Assembly: GCA_039801225.1 (NCBI GenBank)
Contig: JBDRUH010000009.1
Location: 1 to 45,837 of the forward strand
Length of the DNA: 45,837 nucleotides
Reading direction: 5' to 3'
DNA from: a candidate division WOR-3 bacterium
GTDB lineage: Bacteria > Hydrothermota > Tepidihabitantia > Tepidihabitantales > Tepidihabitantaceae
Below the pieces are notes generated by a model. It was not told the DNA's origin, searched no databases, and saw only the letters and a list, made by a program, of their open reading frames with translations. Positions 45,068-45,837 of the stretch are shown here, one piece after another. The position numbers and the translations under genes were made by a program. Each line of letters begins with the position of its first letter. Position 1 is the first letter of the stretch.

Positions 45068-45837
45068 TTATTCGGTTACAACCAGTTTGCCACTCAACGC
45101 CGAGCCATTCAGGACTAACCGGTAGAGGTATATTCCCGGGGCAAGATGGGTGTCGGTCCACAATCGGTTTTCACTTGCAGTAGAGCCAGAGAATTGTTGT
45201 ATCCTTCTGCCGTCCGCGGAGTAGAGGGTGATTTGATAGGGTAATCCTGGTTGGGCGTTGAAGACAATCTGGGTTTTACCCCGAGCAGGATTCGGATAAA
45301 CACGCAGTTGGGGTTTAAGATAAGCACCTATTTTTTTCTCCTGAATTCCAACCAGGTCAAGGACAGGCACTTCCGCACCCTGAAATGCCGGATATGAGGA
45401 GTCAGCAGGAACCATCTGAGTGCTCTGAATATAAACCACAACCTTGCACTTCTCCTCAACCCAGTTTGCTGCGATAGTAAAGGGTTGAACAACGCTATCT
45501 GTTCCACCTGCCGGAATGGTCAGGATTGTTCCGCTCTGGTTTGGGATATAATCGCGGCAGACATGGTTATGCCAGGCATCGCCATTCGGTCCGAGATAGT
45601 AGCAGGAGTCTTCGGTAATAACAACTGAAACTCTTCCGGTGATGGCGTCGGCAGAGTCATTCTGAATTATCGCTTTGATTGTGCCGCTTCGGGTTGTCGG
45701 AATGTATTCTCCAGAAAGGGTAATCTGAACCGGTGTAGGCACGGAGACTTGGGAAGCAACATAACTCATCCAGAGGTTATAGTTATAGCCCCGCTGCCTT
45801 CCGTCAACCCAAAGCCAGGGTGTGGCATAAGAGCCGT
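45068..45837 (-). CDS. Omp28-related protein with T9SS-type-A-like C-terminal domain (5' end outside the window)
   Basis: Frame open to the window edge (GSYATPWLWVDG); VVITED...HNHVCRD...VVVYIQ; VYPNP...DGR...PGIYLY...KLVV. Confidence 0.75.
   Translation of the reverse strand, partial: GSYATPWLWVDGRQRGYNYNLWMSYVASQVSVPTPVQITLSGEYIPTTRSGTIKAIIQNDSADAITGRVSVVITEDSCYYLGPNGDAWHNHVCRDYIPNQSGTILTIPAGGTDSVVQPFTIAANWVEEKCKVVVYIQSTQMVPADSSYPAFQGAEVPVLDLVGIQEKKIGAYLKPQLRVYPNPARGKTQIVFNAQPGLPYQITLYSADGRRIQQFSGSTASENRLWTDTHLAPGIYLYRLVLNGSALSGKLVVTE

Overview
Bacterial chromosomal window of a diderm organism; the gene content and many secreted proteins with C-terminal sorting-like domains suggest an FCB-related lineage such as candidate division WOR-3 (inference, not verified). 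It holds a detached distal spc-operon fragment (rplR-rpsE-rpmD-rplO-secY-pdp), tRNA-Leu(TAG)-tig-clpP, rtcB-uvrC, and a glycine-cleavage operon extended by a Cys-rich microprotein, a hypothetical protein and a GlmL/MutL-like actin-fold ATPase. It also holds rfbD-NUDIX, nfeD-SPFH-P-type ATPase, tamA/tamB-like genes, a degenerate priA, an IS481-like element that truncates a gene, two sugar ABC permeases, and seven secreted proteins with a T9SS-type-A/FlgD-like C-terminal domain. The features these genes do not explain are: (1) heptamer tandem repeats and REP-like palindromes lying between genes and in frame inside many proteins; (2) a ~70-bp element that brackets one secreted-protein gene in inverted orientation and supplies -35 boxes; (3) repeated leaderless promoter geometry; (4) two structured 5' leaders; (5) the gcv-linked orphan reactivase-like module. 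All calls come from motif recognition by eye; no searches were run.
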